64,000 nucleotides of DNA from an uncultured Lachnospiraceae bacterium (lineage in GTDB: Bacteria; Bacillota; Clostridia; Lachnospirales; Lachnospiraceae), in NCBI GenBank assembly GCA_947167155.1, contig CAMVHB010000002.1:877-64876 (forward strand). The letters run 5' to 3'. The notes below the pieces were generated by a model that was not told where the DNA came from, did not search any database, and saw only the letters and a list, made by a program, of their open reading frames with translations. A program made the position numbers and the translations under genes. This document shows, one piece after another, positions 47,800 to 57,592 of this stretch (positions are counted from its first letter, which is position 1; each line of letters starts with the position of its first letter).

Positions 47800-49824
47800 T
47801 TACTGTTCGACCTCCTTATCAAATGGATCCTCAACAAGCTTCAACTCTCTTAATTTCCTGTTGATCCTGATGGAATATTCCACCCTGCTCTTTGAATTGT
47901 AGATATTGTGAGCTTCCTCTTTTGACAGAGTGAACTGATCCTTCAGCTGATCCTCTATCCTCTTGCCAAAGGAATCATAGACATCTGAGATCGAAAGCTC
48001 TGCAGCATACTCCCTGTTCTTTTCATAACTCTCAATCCCCATTATCAATGAATCAAGTGCCATATCGTACTTCTTGTATTTCATCGATACTTCATACTGC
48101 TTCAGACGAAGATCAAGCGTCCCGAGTATGCGTGACCTGTCAAGATAGAGAACATCATCTCCTTTCAGATCCAGACCCGAGAACTTCGTATAAGCGTCAT
48201 TGTACTCGCCCTTGTTGTATGCCGCCTCTGCGGCAGAAAACAGAAGTTTTGAGGATATTGTCTTTGAAAGGACCGTTACCAAAACAGCCACTGATATCCC
48301 GAATATTGCAAATACGATTATCGCCTTCATGGGAATGACAGGAGACGTGTCAGCTGCCTTTTCAGCTTCCTTTGCCGCTTTTTTCGCAGCCTTCTTTTCT
48401 GCAGCCTGTTTCTTCTTTTCAGCCTTATTGTCGGATTTTTCGCCGCCTTCGCCTTCTTCTTCCCCGCCTTTTCCTTTCTTGCCTTTTTTCTTCTTTTCCT
48501 TCTTGCCTTTTTTCCCGTCCTCTTCTTCCTTCGGCTCTTCCGAAACCTCAGGTGGTGCGGACTCGGGAAGCTCGCCGAATTCGGCAAGAAGACTGTCCGT
48601 CTCACTGGAAAGCTCTGCGGCGGAAGGATTGATGGGGTTGATGTTCACAGGCTCTGATGAGACAGCTTCTGAGGAAACCTCATCTTTGGCTCCGTCCTCG
48701 CCCTTCTTTTTCTTCTTGAAAAGTCCCATAAGCTTTCCAAGGAAGCCGCCCTTTTTCTTTCCTTCCCCGTCCTCATCTGAAACAGAGGCATCCGGAAGAA
48801 TTCCATCACCGCCCGGCGAAACGCTTGATGCCTTCTGCTCATATTCCTGAGCAGCCTCGGGAAGTGCTTCCTGATTCGCATCGGCCGCAAGAAGATCACC
48901 TATATCCGAAAACTCACCGTCGTTACCAAGGATATTAAGAAGGTCCTGATCTGCGCCTTCCTCGTCCATAAGGGATACCTCCTTCGCGGAGGTGTCGCCA
49001 TCGGGAAACAGATTCTCGAGTTCAGAAGCCGCCGAAAGTGCGCTTTCATCCGGCGCGCCAAAAGCATCTTCTCCGGTGGAGAGGTCAGGCTCTGAATTAA
49101 AACTATCTACAGAAGGGACTTCAGAAGAAGGGGCATCGGAAGATTGATCCCCAAAGATATCCAGATTTGAAACGAAGCCAAAGTCGTCGTTGCTGTCACC
49201 CTGTGGTACTGGCTGCGAACTGTCAACCTGCGGCGCCGACATGGCACCGGGATCCGGAGGGACAAGTGCACCCTCCTCGACCTGCTTCTTTGCGTTCTTT
49301 ACGATCTCGTCTATATTTGAAAGAAGCTGCTCATCGGGTTTCGGGTCAGTGGAAATATCAGGAAAGTGCTCTTCCTGTGAAGGTGACATTTCAAGATTGA
49401 AATTTTCCTGATCATTGTTGCTGACAGGTGCAACCGTTTTGTCAGGCTTTTTTTCATCATCAAGGAATGCGGAAAGCTCTGCTTCGGAGCTGTTCCCGGA
49501 TAGTTCCTCATCCTCAAGTTCCGCCTCAAAGTCTCTGATGAAGTCATCGGCGGTGCCGTCACTTAAGGTTTTTTCAAAGTCAGAAAGAAAACCGGACTCC
49601 GAAAAGGCCTGCCTTAGGTTTTTCCTGTCAACTGCAGCCGGCCGATAGTCAGAAAGCCCGGTTTCTTTTAAGAAATCGTCATCTGGGCTAAGTCTCGTGC
49701 TGTCCTGATACTTCTTTCTGAGGTCCGACTCCTCGCGAGACTTTTGCTCTTCTATGTCAGATTTTTTTTGTGTGATCGAACTTAAGAGTCCGTCAAGATA
49801 ATCTTCTTCGTTGGTCAAAGCCAT
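47800..49824 (-). CDS. 674-aa acidic/Lys-rich single-pass membrane protein, unknown function
   Basis: About 490 aa of low-complexity D/E/S-rich sequence. Then the Lys block 'KKKGKKGKGGEEEGEGGEKSDNKAEKKKQAAEKKAAKK', a TM segment 'IIVFAIFGISVAVLVTVL', and a helical C-terminal domain of about 160 aa. Confidence 0.6.
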   Translation of the reverse strand: MALTNEEDYLDGLLSSITQKKSDIEEQKSREESDLRKKYQDSTRLSPDDDFLKETGLSDYRPAAVDRKNLRQAFSESGFLSDFEKTLSDGTADDFIRDFEAELEDEELSGNSSEAELSAFLDDEKKPDKTVAPVSNNDQENFNLEMSPSQEEHFPDISTDPKPDEQLLSNIDEIVKNAKKQVEEGALVPPDPGAMSAPQVDSSQPVPQGDSNDDFGFVSNLDIFGDQSSDAPSSEVPSVDSFNSEPDLSTGEDAFGAPDESALSAASELENLFPDGDTSAKEVSLMDEEGADQDLLNILGNDGEFSDIGDLLAADANQEALPEAAQEYEQKASSVSPGGDGILPDASVSDEDGEGKKKGGFLGKLMGLFKKKKKGEDGAKDEVSSEAVSSEPVNINPINPSAAELSSETDSLLAEFGELPESAPPEVSEEPKEEEDGKKGKKEKKKKGKKGKGGEEEGEGGEKSDNKAEKKKQAAEKKAAKKAAKEAEKAADTSPVIPMKAIIVFAIFGISVAVLVTVLSKTISSKLLFSAAEAAYNKGEYNDAYTKFSGLDLKGDDVLYLDRSRILGTLDLRLKQYEVSMKYKKYDMALDSLIMGIESYEKNREYAAELSISDVYDSFGKRIEDQLKDQFTLSKEEAHNIYNSKSRVEYSIRINRKLRELKLVEDPFDKEVEQ

Positions 49825-49836
49825 CCTCCGGATGTC

Positions 49837-50757
49837 TTATCGCTTTTCGTACTTGTCTACCAGCGTATCGACCGCATCAACAAGTTTTCCGATCTCGGGC
49901 TTCGTAAGCTGGGCATCCGCTCCGACCGACTCACCCTTTCTCCTGATGTCATCATTGATGAGCGATGAAAAGATAATAACGGGTATGGGCTTCATCTTTT
50001 CGGACTCCTTAACAAGCTTCGTAAGTCTGTGTCCGTCCATCTGAGGCATCTCTATATCCGTGATGATGCAGTGAACATCGTTCTGAACCTTTCCCGCGGC
50101 ATCCTCCTCGCAAAGGAAATCCCAGGCTTCTTTTCCGTTTGGGAAAATATGAAGGTTCGTATAACCGGCCTTCTTCAGGCAGTCCACGATAAGCTTTGAA
50201 AGAAGCGGTGAATCCTCCGCAATGACGAGGGGCGAAAGCGAACGGTCCTTTTCCTCGTCCTTTACGTAGCCATCCATATCCGAAACCTTGAGCCCCGTTT
50301 CGGGATTGATGTTTGAAACGATCTTCTCAAAGTCAAGGATGACAACGAGATGCTGGTCAAACTTGATCACGCCGGTCGAAACACCGGAATCCTCTGCGCT
50401 GATGGTAGAATCCGGAGTATTGATCTCTTCCCATGAAACCCTGTGAATTCCAAGAACCTCATCAACATGAAAAGCCGTGTTCAGATTGTTGAAATTCGTA
50501 ATGAAGAAAAGACCCTTACCTTCAGGAAGGTCTTCGTAACCAAGGCATTTCCTCAGGTTGATAACGGAAATGATGGTATCCCTCGGCATGAAGATTCCTT
50601 CTACAAAAGGATGCGAATTCGGAACGGGAGTGACATGCTGATATGTCAGTATCTCCCTGATCTTTGCGACATTGATCCCGTAGAAATTGTCGGCAACCCG
50701 AAACTCCAGTATCTCCAGCTCGTTAGTACCGGTCTCAAGTAAGATGTTTGTGTCCAT
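49837..50757 (-). CDS. cheV: chemotaxis protein CheV (CheW domain plus receiver)
   Basis: N-terminal CheW-like region ('LEILEFRVADNFYGINVAKIREI') and a C-terminal REC domain ('IITDIEMPQMDG'). Confidence 0.85.
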   Translation of the reverse strand: MDTNILLETGTNELEILEFRVADNFYGINVAKIREILTYQHVTPVPNSHPFVEGIFMPRDTIISVINLRKCLGYEDLPEGKGLFFITNFNNLNTAFHVDEVLGIHRVSWEEINTPDSTISAEDSGVSTGVIKFDQHLVVILDFEKIVSNINPETGLKVSDMDGYVKDEEKDRSLSPLVIAEDSPLLSKLIVDCLKKAGYTNLHIFPNGKEAWDFLCEEDAAGKVQNDVHCIITDIEMPQMDGHRLTKLVKESEKMKPIPVIIFSSLINDDIRRKGESVGADAQLTKPEIGKLVDAVDTLVDKYEKR

Positions 50758-50784
50758 TCAATAAGCCTCCCCCTGAAAGAAATT

Positions 50785-51603
50785 TTACTCCGTGATCCTG
50801 AATATATTCCCATCCTGCATCGCCTTCAGCGTGAAAGATGAGGTGTTTTGAAGCACACTGTTTTCGAAGGGGAACAAAAGAAGGAAATCCTTTGTCCCGC
50901 CTGCGGGTATATTCCCTGCCCAGGTATTAAGGTCATTTGGCAGGAAACCGTTTCCGCTTGACATGACAGCCTTGTCACCTATTGTACAGCTGTACTTAAG
51001 TCCCTTTGCGGAGAGATCAAGATCCTTTCCCGCAGCGCCCGCGTTCACGGCTGTAACAGTAACCATAAAATAACCCTTCCCGTTCCCGGGATAAAGATCA
51101 AGAACACCTTCAACGGTATAATGATCTATGACCTCAGTCTTTGAAACGGAAAACCTCAGCGAATCCTCAGCCATCAGTTCCGAAAGAGTGATCTCCTTTG
51201 AGGCAGTCTCCGGAGGATTCAAAGTGGAAGATCCGCCCTCACCGGAATTTCCGCCGGAGGATCCGCCCTGCCCATCGCCGCCGGATCCGTCACCGCTTGA
51301 GTCGGAACCGGAATTCTTGTTCCCGCCGTTCTTCTCGGCCTCCTCAATGGCTTTTCGCTCCTCTTCCCGTCTCTTTCGCTCTTCCTCTCTCGCTTTTTCA
51401 GCCTCATCATATTTCTGTTCTGTCTCGTTTGTAACAAAACAGACGCCTTCTGTCTGCTTGATATTGTATTTTGAGACCGCGGCTGCCGCGTAGAGCGCAA
51501 TGTCCTTCTCTTCCTCTGCCGTAAGCGGCGTCATCATCGTACAGCCTGTCAGCAAAAGGGCAAGCGATATAGACAGTATAAGGCTTAGGACTCTTTTTTT
51601 CAT
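50785..51603 (-). CDS. lipoprotein of unknown function
   Basis: The ATG at 51603 gives 'MKKRVLSLILSISLALLLTGC' (lipobox). It has a Glu/Arg-rich and Gly/Ser-rich linker and a C-terminal beta-rich domain. Confidence 0.65.
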   Translation of the reverse strand: MKKRVLSLILSISLALLLTGCTMMTPLTAEEEKDIALYAAAAVSKYNIKQTEGVCFVTNETEQKYDEAEKAREEERKRREEERKAIEEAEKNGGNKNSGSDSSGDGSGGDGQGGSSGGNSGEGGSSTLNPPETASKEITLSELMAEDSLRFSVSKTEVIDHYTVEGVLDLYPGNGKGYFMVTVTAVNAGAAGKDLDLSAKGLKYSCTIGDKAVMSSGNGFLPNDLNTWAGNIPAGGTKDFLLLFPFENSVLQNTSSFTLKAMQDGNIFRITE

Positions 51604-51646
51604 AAGAGTTACTTTATCATTCTTAAGTTCAATATTCAACTGTTTT

Positions 51647-53155
51647 TCAGAAGTCAAGGTCAAAGTAGAACTCGACTCCGTCGGAAAGATTATGAACTCC
51701 GCACCCTGCTCCAAGCTTTTCGGACAGCGTCTTTACAAGCGAAAGCCCGATTCCTGAGCCGCCGTATTCTCTGGATCGTGCCTTGTCGACCTTGTAAAAT
51801 TTTTCAAAGAGATGCGGGAGCGCCTCTTTGGGGATATTGTCCCCGGTATTCTTCACTGAAATGCGTGCCTTCTTCGCTTCTGTCCTGCTCAGACTGATCG
51901 TTATTATCTTTTCATCGCCCTTCACATAGTGAAGCGCATTTGAAAAATAATTTTCTATCATCTGCCCGGTATGAAACTCATCGGAGATCACGTAAAACGG
52001 CTTTTCTCCATCAAATACAACCCTTATCCCGCCGTCCGAGAGAGGCTTTTTGTTCTTCTCTATGATCGAATTGATAACCGGAACAATATCAAAGCGTTCT
52101 ATGATGAACTCTCCCTTTCCTTCCTCAAGTCTGTCAAGGGAAAGAAGCTCGTTTACAAGCCTGTTCATCTTTCCTGCTTCGTCCTGTATGACATCGGAAT
52201 AGAATTTCCAGTCCTCGGGATCATCGGATATACCGTCGGAAAGTCCCTCCGCATAGCCCTGGATCAGCGCGATCGGTGTCTTCAGCTCATGTGAGACCGC
52301 AGAAAGAAACTCCCTCCTTTTTTTGTCCGTCTCACTCAGCTTCTCCACGTCATTTTGAAGATCAAGGTTCGCCTTCTTCAATTCAAGTATCGCATCCTCG
52401 AGTTTCTCCGACATAAGGTTCATATTGTCACCGAGAATATCGATCTCATTTGGTATATCCCGGGAAACATATCTTGCATCAAAATCAAGGGAAGCCATCT
52501 GCTTTGAGAGGTTGGAAAGCTCCATGATGGGCTTTGTAAGTCTTCGTCCGAGCAAATATGCAAATATCAGCCCGATGAAGATCGAAATGATACCTGTTAT
52601 GAAAACAAGCCTGTTTGCGACCCCGGCAGAGGTCTCAATTGGTTCGATGCCTGACTGCATGAAAAGAATATTGCCGTCGAAAAGCGTCCCCCACAGCACC
52701 AGAAAATCAGATCCCATCTCTTTGTCATGGAACTGCTCTATGGAGCAATTGTCTTCGGAATAAAGGATGTGTTTCTTTTCCTCTCCCTTCCCGGAGAAGA
52801 GCATTGAGTACATCCTCTTCATCATCCTTGAAAGAAGCTGTCCACCCTCGCTCTGAGTCGTAATGAGTACGCCTCCGTTTGGAGATGAGACTATGATGTC
52901 CACATTATAACGCAGTGATACCTCTTCAAGACTATAGGCAAAATCCGCATCATATGAGTATTCGCCTGTCCCCGCATTATAGATCGAATTGAAGGCCGAA
53001 AGCATGCCGTTCATCCTCTCCTTCAGGTAAACCCTCTTCAGAAAAACATTATTCATGAAAAAGCTCGCTGCTATGGAAACAAAGCAGACAAAGACGATCA
53101 CGAGGACGATCTGCGTTCGTATTGAGGTTATCTTATTTTTCAGATTTTCCTTCAT
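51647..53155 (-). CDS. sensor histidine kinase (two TM, HAMP, HisKA, HATPase)
   Basis: H-box 'SHELKTP' and G2 box 'GGSGIGLSLV'. Confidence 0.9.
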   Translation of the reverse strand: MKENLKNKITSIRTQIVLVIVFVCFVSIAASFFMNNVFLKRVYLKERMNGMLSAFNSIYNAGTGEYSYDADFAYSLEEVSLRYNVDIIVSSPNGGVLITTQSEGGQLLSRMMKRMYSMLFSGKGEEKKHILYSEDNCSIEQFHDKEMGSDFLVLWGTLFDGNILFMQSGIEPIETSAGVANRLVFITGIISIFIGLIFAYLLGRRLTKPIMELSNLSKQMASLDFDARYVSRDIPNEIDILGDNMNLMSEKLEDAILELKKANLDLQNDVEKLSETDKKRREFLSAVSHELKTPIALIQGYAEGLSDGISDDPEDWKFYSDVIQDEAGKMNRLVNELLSLDRLEEGKGEFIIERFDIVPVINSIIEKNKKPLSDGGIRVVFDGEKPFYVISDEFHTGQMIENYFSNALHYVKGDEKIITISLSRTEAKKARISVKNTGDNIPKEALPHLFEKFYKVDKARSREYGGSGIGLSLVKTLSEKLGAGCGVHNLSDGVEFYFDLDF

Positions 53156-53170
53156 TGGACGATAATGCTC

Positions 53171-53848
53171 TTATTGTGAAGAACCGAATTTGTAGCCTAC
53201 TCCCCAGATCGTCTTTATGAGATCCCCCTTGTCAAGAAGCTTGCTCCGGAGCTTTTTCACATGTGTATCTATAGTACGGGCATCCCCGTAATAATCATAA
53301 TCCCAGACACTGTTCAATATCTTCTCCCTTGAAAGCGCGATCCCGGGATTCTTCATGAAATACTTAAGAAGGTCGTATTCCCTTACGGAAAGTTCTACGC
53401 TCTTCCCGTCAACCGTCACCTCATGCGCATTTTCGTCAATCCTGATCCCGTCACGCTCTATGATCGAAGTCTCTTCACCAAGACTCCTTCGAAGAACAGC
53501 CTCTACCCGTGCCACCAGAACCTTCGGGCTGAATGGCTTTAAGACATATTCATCGGCTCCGAGAGAGTAGCCATTCAGCTCATCCTCCTCCTCACTCTTT
53601 GCGGTGAGCATGATGATGGGAACCTTTGAGCTTTCCCTTATTTCCTTAAGGACCTCCCAGCCGTCAAGATTCGGCATCATCACATCAAGGATAATGAGAG
53701 AAATATCCTTTGTTTTGTAGAAGATTTCCAGGGCCTCTTCCCCGTCAGACGCTTCTATTACTTCATAGCCGCTACGGCGAAGATAATCCTTTATGAGCTT
53801 CCTTATCCTGCTCTCATCATCTACGACCAGTATCTTCTTTTCATTCAT
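53171..53848 (-). CDS. OmpR-family response regulator
   Basis: Receiver 'ILDVMMPNLDG' and winged-helix 'TIWGVGYKF'. Confidence 0.92.
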   Translation of the reverse strand: MNEKKILVVDDESRIRKLIKDYLRRSGYEVIEASDGEEALEIFYKTKDISLIILDVMMPNLDGWEVLKEIRESSKVPIIMLTAKSEEEDELNGYSLGADEYVLKPFSPKVLVARVEAVLRRSLGEETSIIERDGIRIDENAHEVTVDGKSVELSVREYDLLKYFMKNPGIALSREKILNSVWDYDYYGDARTIDTHVKKLRSKLLDKGDLIKTIWGVGYKFGSSQ

Positions 53849-53851
53849 TTC

Positions 53852-54502
53852 TCACTCCGCTGAAACACCGCTTTGATTTTTCATTTCGCGCTCCATGAGT
53901 TCCTTTTCCCGAAGGTCAAGGGCTGCTTCCCTCTCTTTCAGTTCCTCATCCCACGAGGCATATTCGTTGTTGAGCCTTGTCCTGTAATTCACGATCGTGG
54001 GAAGATCCGAGGAAAGTGTGATGAAGAACATTACGCCTATCGTTGCAAGCAATATAAAGACAAAAGCTATAGCCCCGTGAAAGCGCTTTCTGTACTTTCC
54101 GGCCTCTGTCTTTTCGTTGAATGGATACGCTTCCTTCTTCCGGTCTTCCTTTACGATCTTTTCCTTTTTCTTATTTGAAGGCTCATCCTGTGGCTGAAGG
54201 CTGCTCATGCCCTTCGATGGGCTTTCCTTCAGTGAAACCGTGACAGGCATTATCTGATCATTCGGAATGCTCTCGTCCTTTTTGAGTCTTAGTTCAATGT
54301 CCCTTAAAAAGGAAAGACCAACCACGGTAGAAAAGAGCTTTTGGGAAACAGCCTGCTGGTAAAGTCTGACAGCCTGCTTATTGTCCAAAAGATCAACCTG
54401 TTTCGAAAGGTAAGCTATGGCCAGCTTTTCCTTATGAGCCTCTTCGTAAAGCTCGTCCGTTTCAAAATAGAAACCATCGATCGTTCTATCGTTTTTCGGC
54501 AT
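53852..54502 (-). CDS. single-pass membrane protein, unknown function
   Basis: I trimmed the start to the ATG at 54502 because the track extension overlaps a terminator. TM segment 'AIAFVFILLATIGVMFFITL'. Coiled-coil-like C-terminus. Confidence 0.55.
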   Translation of the reverse strand: MPKNDRTIDGFYFETDELYEEAHKEKLAIAYLSKQVDLLDNKQAVRLYQQAVSQKLFSTVVGLSFLRDIELRLKKDESIPNDQIMPVTVSLKESPSKGMSSLQPQDEPSNKKKEKIVKEDRKKEAYPFNEKTEAGKYRKRFHGAIAFVFILLATIGVMFFITLSSDLPTIVNYRTRLNNEYASWDEELKEREAALDLREKELMEREMKNQSGVSAE

Positions 54503-54518
54503 GAAGATCCCCTTATTT

Positions 54519-54562
54519 GTAAAAAAGGCGTGCCTGCAGGATCCCCCGCAGAAGCACGCCTT
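54519..54562 (-). terminator. strong rho-independent terminator ending the decarboxylase operon
   Basis: The minus strand reads AAGGCGTGC..CTGC-gggggatcct-GCAG-GCACGCCTT followed by TTTTTTAC. Confidence 0.75.
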
Positions 54563-54578
54563 CACAAACTACAATCTC

Positions 54579-55979
54579 TTAAACAGGGTAGGAAGCGTTT
54601 TCCTTGTCATAATGTGCAGGATCAACCCCTGTCTCCTGCGCCCTTCTGTATTTGAAGAATTCAGTCGCAACCTGCGGGAACAAAGCATAGGAAAGCGTAT
54701 CCTCGGGCTGTTCCTTCCACTCCGCCACAGCTTTTTCCATTTCAGGAAGCTGCGGTTCAAGGAGATCTGCAGGTCTGCAGGTGATGGCATTCTTTTTGTC
54801 ATCGCCGAGTACCTTGTCTACAACCTCAGGGTTAAAGGGCTTTACGGTCTTTCCGTATTTTCCGAGCAGGATATCCTTTGTCTCCTGAGTAGCAACCTTG
54901 TACCTCTCGCCCATCAATACATTGAAGACCGCCTGGGTACCGACTATCTGTGAAGAAGGAGTAACGAGCGGCGGCTCACCAAGATCCTTTCTAACCCTCG
55001 GAACCTCTTCAAGAACCTCCTCGAGCTTGTCAAGCTTGTGCTGCTCTGTAAGCTGATTTACGAGATTTGAAAGCATTCCGCCCGGTACCTGATAGAGGAG
55101 AGTCTTGATATTGACACCCATGACCTTTGTAGACATGAGGCCGTTCTTGATATACTTTTCACGGATAGGTCTGAAATAATCAGCTATCTGTGCGAGCAGC
55201 GTCTGGTCAAGTCCCGTGTCATATTCCGTTCCCTTGAAGGCTTCGACCATGACCTCGGTAGCGGCTTGTGATGTTCCCATTGCAAAGGGCGACATTGCCG
55301 TATCGATGATATCGCAGCCTGCCTCAACTGCCTTCATGAGAGTCATTGAGCATACGCCCGAAGTATAATGGTTGTGAAGCTCTATCGGAAGCTTTGTCGA
55401 CTTCTTCAATGCGCCCACAAGCTCGGAGGCAGCCTTTGGAACAAGGAGCCCCGACATATCCTTGATGCAGATGGAGTCTGCACCGAGAGACTCTATCTCC
55501 TTCGCAAGAGACGACCAGTATTCAAGCGTATAAGCATCTCCCAGTGTGTAGGAAAGAGCTATCTGCGCATGACCGCCCTCTTTCTTTGTAGCCTTTACCG
55601 CAGTCTCAAGATTTCGAAGGTCATTAAGACAGTCAAATATCCTTATGACATCGATACCATTTGCGATGGACTTCTGTACGAAGTATTCCACAACATCATC
55701 AGCATAAGGCTTGTAGCCGAGGATATTCTGTCCTCTGAAGAGCATCTGAAGCTTCGTATTCTTGAAGCCCTCTTTCAGCTTTCTCAGACGAACCCAGGGA
55801 TCCTCCTTCAGGAAACGAAGGCAGGCGTCAAAGGTCGCTCCGCCCCAGCACTCAACGGCGTTGTAGCCTACCTTGTCCATCTTGTCGATGATGGGAAGCA
55901 TCTCCTCTGTGGTCATCCTCGTTGCGATCAGTGACTGATGCGCATCACGAAGGACTGTTTCTGTGATTTTTACACCCAT
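54579..55979 (-). CDS. oxaloacetate decarboxylase alpha / transcarboxylase 5S-type carboxyltransferase, no biotinyl domain
   Basis: 'TETVLRDAHQSLIATRM', 'WGGATFDACLRFLKEDPW' and 'IKDMSGLL'. At 466 aa it lacks the C-terminal biotin domain. Confidence 0.85.
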   Translation of the reverse strand: MGVKITETVLRDAHQSLIATRMTTEEMLPIIDKMDKVGYNAVECWGGATFDACLRFLKEDPWVRLRKLKEGFKNTKLQMLFRGQNILGYKPYADDVVEYFVQKSIANGIDVIRIFDCLNDLRNLETAVKATKKEGGHAQIALSYTLGDAYTLEYWSSLAKEIESLGADSICIKDMSGLLVPKAASELVGALKKSTKLPIELHNHYTSGVCSMTLMKAVEAGCDIIDTAMSPFAMGTSQAATEVMVEAFKGTEYDTGLDQTLLAQIADYFRPIREKYIKNGLMSTKVMGVNIKTLLYQVPGGMLSNLVNQLTEQHKLDKLEEVLEEVPRVRKDLGEPPLVTPSSQIVGTQAVFNVLMGERYKVATQETKDILLGKYGKTVKPFNPEVVDKVLGDDKKNAITCRPADLLEPQLPEMEKAVAEWKEQPEDTLSYALFPQVATEFFKYRRAQETGVDPAHYDKENASYPV

Positions 55980-56028
55980 TTGGTTTCTCCTCTTAATTAT
56001 TTACGAATTTTTTTATCCAACTAAGCAC

Positions 56029-57174
56029 TCAGACTCCGAATATAGCCATGAACACACCGGCTGCGACGGCAGTTCCGATAACGCCCGCGACGTTCGGTCC
56101 CATAGCATGCATGAGGAGGAAGTTCGTGGGATCCGCCTCTGCGCCGACCTTCTGTGAAACACGGGCCGCCATAGGCACGGCGGAAACTCCGGCGGAACCG
56201 ATAAGAGGATTGATCTTCCCCTTGGTGAGGTGGCAGAGGAGCTTTCCGAGAAGCACGCCGCCCGCGGTTCCGAATACAAAGGCTATGAGTCCGAGAGCTA
56301 CGATCTTCAATGTGCTCACATTCAGGAAAGCCTCGGCCGAGGTCGAAGCGCCGACTGAAGTTCCGAGAAGAATAACGACGATATACATGAGGGCGTTTGA
56401 GGAAGTCTCCTGCAGCTGCCTGACGACGCCGCTCTCCCTGAAGAGATTACCAAGCATCAGCATACCTACGAGAGGAGCCGTTGTCGGAAGGATCAAACAA
56501 ACGACGATCGTTACAACGATAGGGAAGAGTATCTTCTCGAGCTTTGACACGGGACGAAGGTTTGCCATCTTGATGGCACGCTCTTCCTTCGTTGTGAAAA
56601 GCTTCATGATCGGAGGCTGGATAATGGGAACCAGTGACATATAAGAATATGCAGCCACCGCGATGGGTCCCATCAGAGACGACTGTCCCAGCTTTCCGGC
56701 CAGGAAGATAGATGTAGGTCCGTCAGCGCCGCCTATGATAGATACTGCTGCTGCGGCCTCGTCATTGAAGCCGAAAAGGATCGCAAGAAGGTATGCAAGG
56801 AAAATACCAAGCTGCGCCGCCGCTCCCATGAGGAAGCTTATAGGGTTTGCGATCAACGGTCCAAAGTCCGTCATTGCTCCTACTCCAAGGAAGATGAGTG
56901 AAGGAAGGATCGACCACTCATCAAGCTGGAAGAAGTAATAGAGAAGACCGCCTGTCCCTCCGTTCTCTGCAGGAGAGGCAATAATAGCGGGATAGATATT
57001 TACAAGAAGCATTCCGAATGCTATCGGTACCAGAAGCAGCGGCTCATAACCCTTCTTGATCGCAAGATAGAGAAATACAAGGGCTATTCCGATCATAATG
57101 TAGTTTCCGACCGTAAGATTCGCAAACGCTGTCTGGTGGAATAGATTTTCCAGAGTTTCAGCTACGTAATTCAC
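56029..57174 (-). CDS. Na+-translocating decarboxylase beta subunit
   Basis: 381-aa polytopic membrane protein of the OadB/MmdB/GcdB type, lying in a decarboxylase operon. Confidence 0.85.
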   Translation of the reverse strand: MNYVAETLENLFHQTAFANLTVGNYIMIGIALVFLYLAIKKGYEPLLLVPIAFGMLLVNIYPAIIASPAENGGTGGLLYYFFQLDEWSILPSLIFLGVGAMTDFGPLIANPISFLMGAAAQLGIFLAYLLAILFGFNDEAAAAVSIIGGADGPTSIFLAGKLGQSSLMGPIAVAAYSYMSLVPIIQPPIMKLFTTKEERAIKMANLRPVSKLEKILFPIVVTIVVCLILPTTAPLVGMLMLGNLFRESGVVRQLQETSSNALMYIVVILLGTSVGASTSAEAFLNVSTLKIVALGLIAFVFGTAGGVLLGKLLCHLTKGKINPLIGSAGVSAVPMAARVSQKVGAEADPTNFLLMHAMGPNVAGVIGTAVAAGVFMAIFGV

Positions 57175-57202
57175 TTTTCTTACTCCTTTAGAACCCTGCT
57201 TC

Positions 57203-57568
57203 TCAATCCATTGTAGCCAGAAGCTCGCCGGCTTCTACTGACTTTCCTTCGGTAACGTCAATAGAACGAACGGTTCCGTCCTGGGGAGCAACAACCGGTG
57301 TCTCCATCTTCATGACCTCAAGAACGAGAACCGTATCGCCCTTCTTTACCGCATCTCCGGGCTTAGTCTCGATCTTGAAGACCTTTCCGCTTGCGCCGGC
57401 TTCGATCTTTACAGATCCTGCGCCGCCTGCGGGGGCAGCAGCCTTCGGTGCGGGAGCAGCTGCCTTCGGAACTGAGGCAACAGCTGATACGCCGCTTCCT
57501 CCCTTGTCTTCAACTGTAACATCATATGCCGTTCCGTTTACGGTAACAGTATAATTCTTCATCTTCAT
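57203..57568 (-). CDS. biotin carboxyl carrier protein (decarboxylase gamma / 1.3S-like)
   Basis: Ala/Pro linker and biotinylation motif '[10 protein letters not shown]'. Confidence 0.85.
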   Translation of the reverse strand: MKMKNYTVTVNGTAYDVTVEDKGGSGVSAVASVPKAAAPAPKAAAPAGGAGSVKIEAGASGKVFKIETKPGDAVKKGDTVLVLEVMKMETPVVAPQDGTVRSIDVTEGKSVEAGELLATMD

Positions 57569-57592
57569 TCTCCTTTATCTTAAATCTTAAAA

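Noticed and set aside
48200-48899. Several overlapping ORFs on both strands (216, 92, 86 and 84 aa) rich in K/R or S/F/P
   Set aside because: They are alternative frames of the GAA/AAG-rich low-complexity region of the 674-aa gene. Only the long frame has an RBS and a coherent TM plus C-terminal domain.
55368-56644. Plus-strand ORFs of 188 and 198 aa
   Set aside because: They are antisense to the 5S carboxyltransferase and beta-subunit genes.
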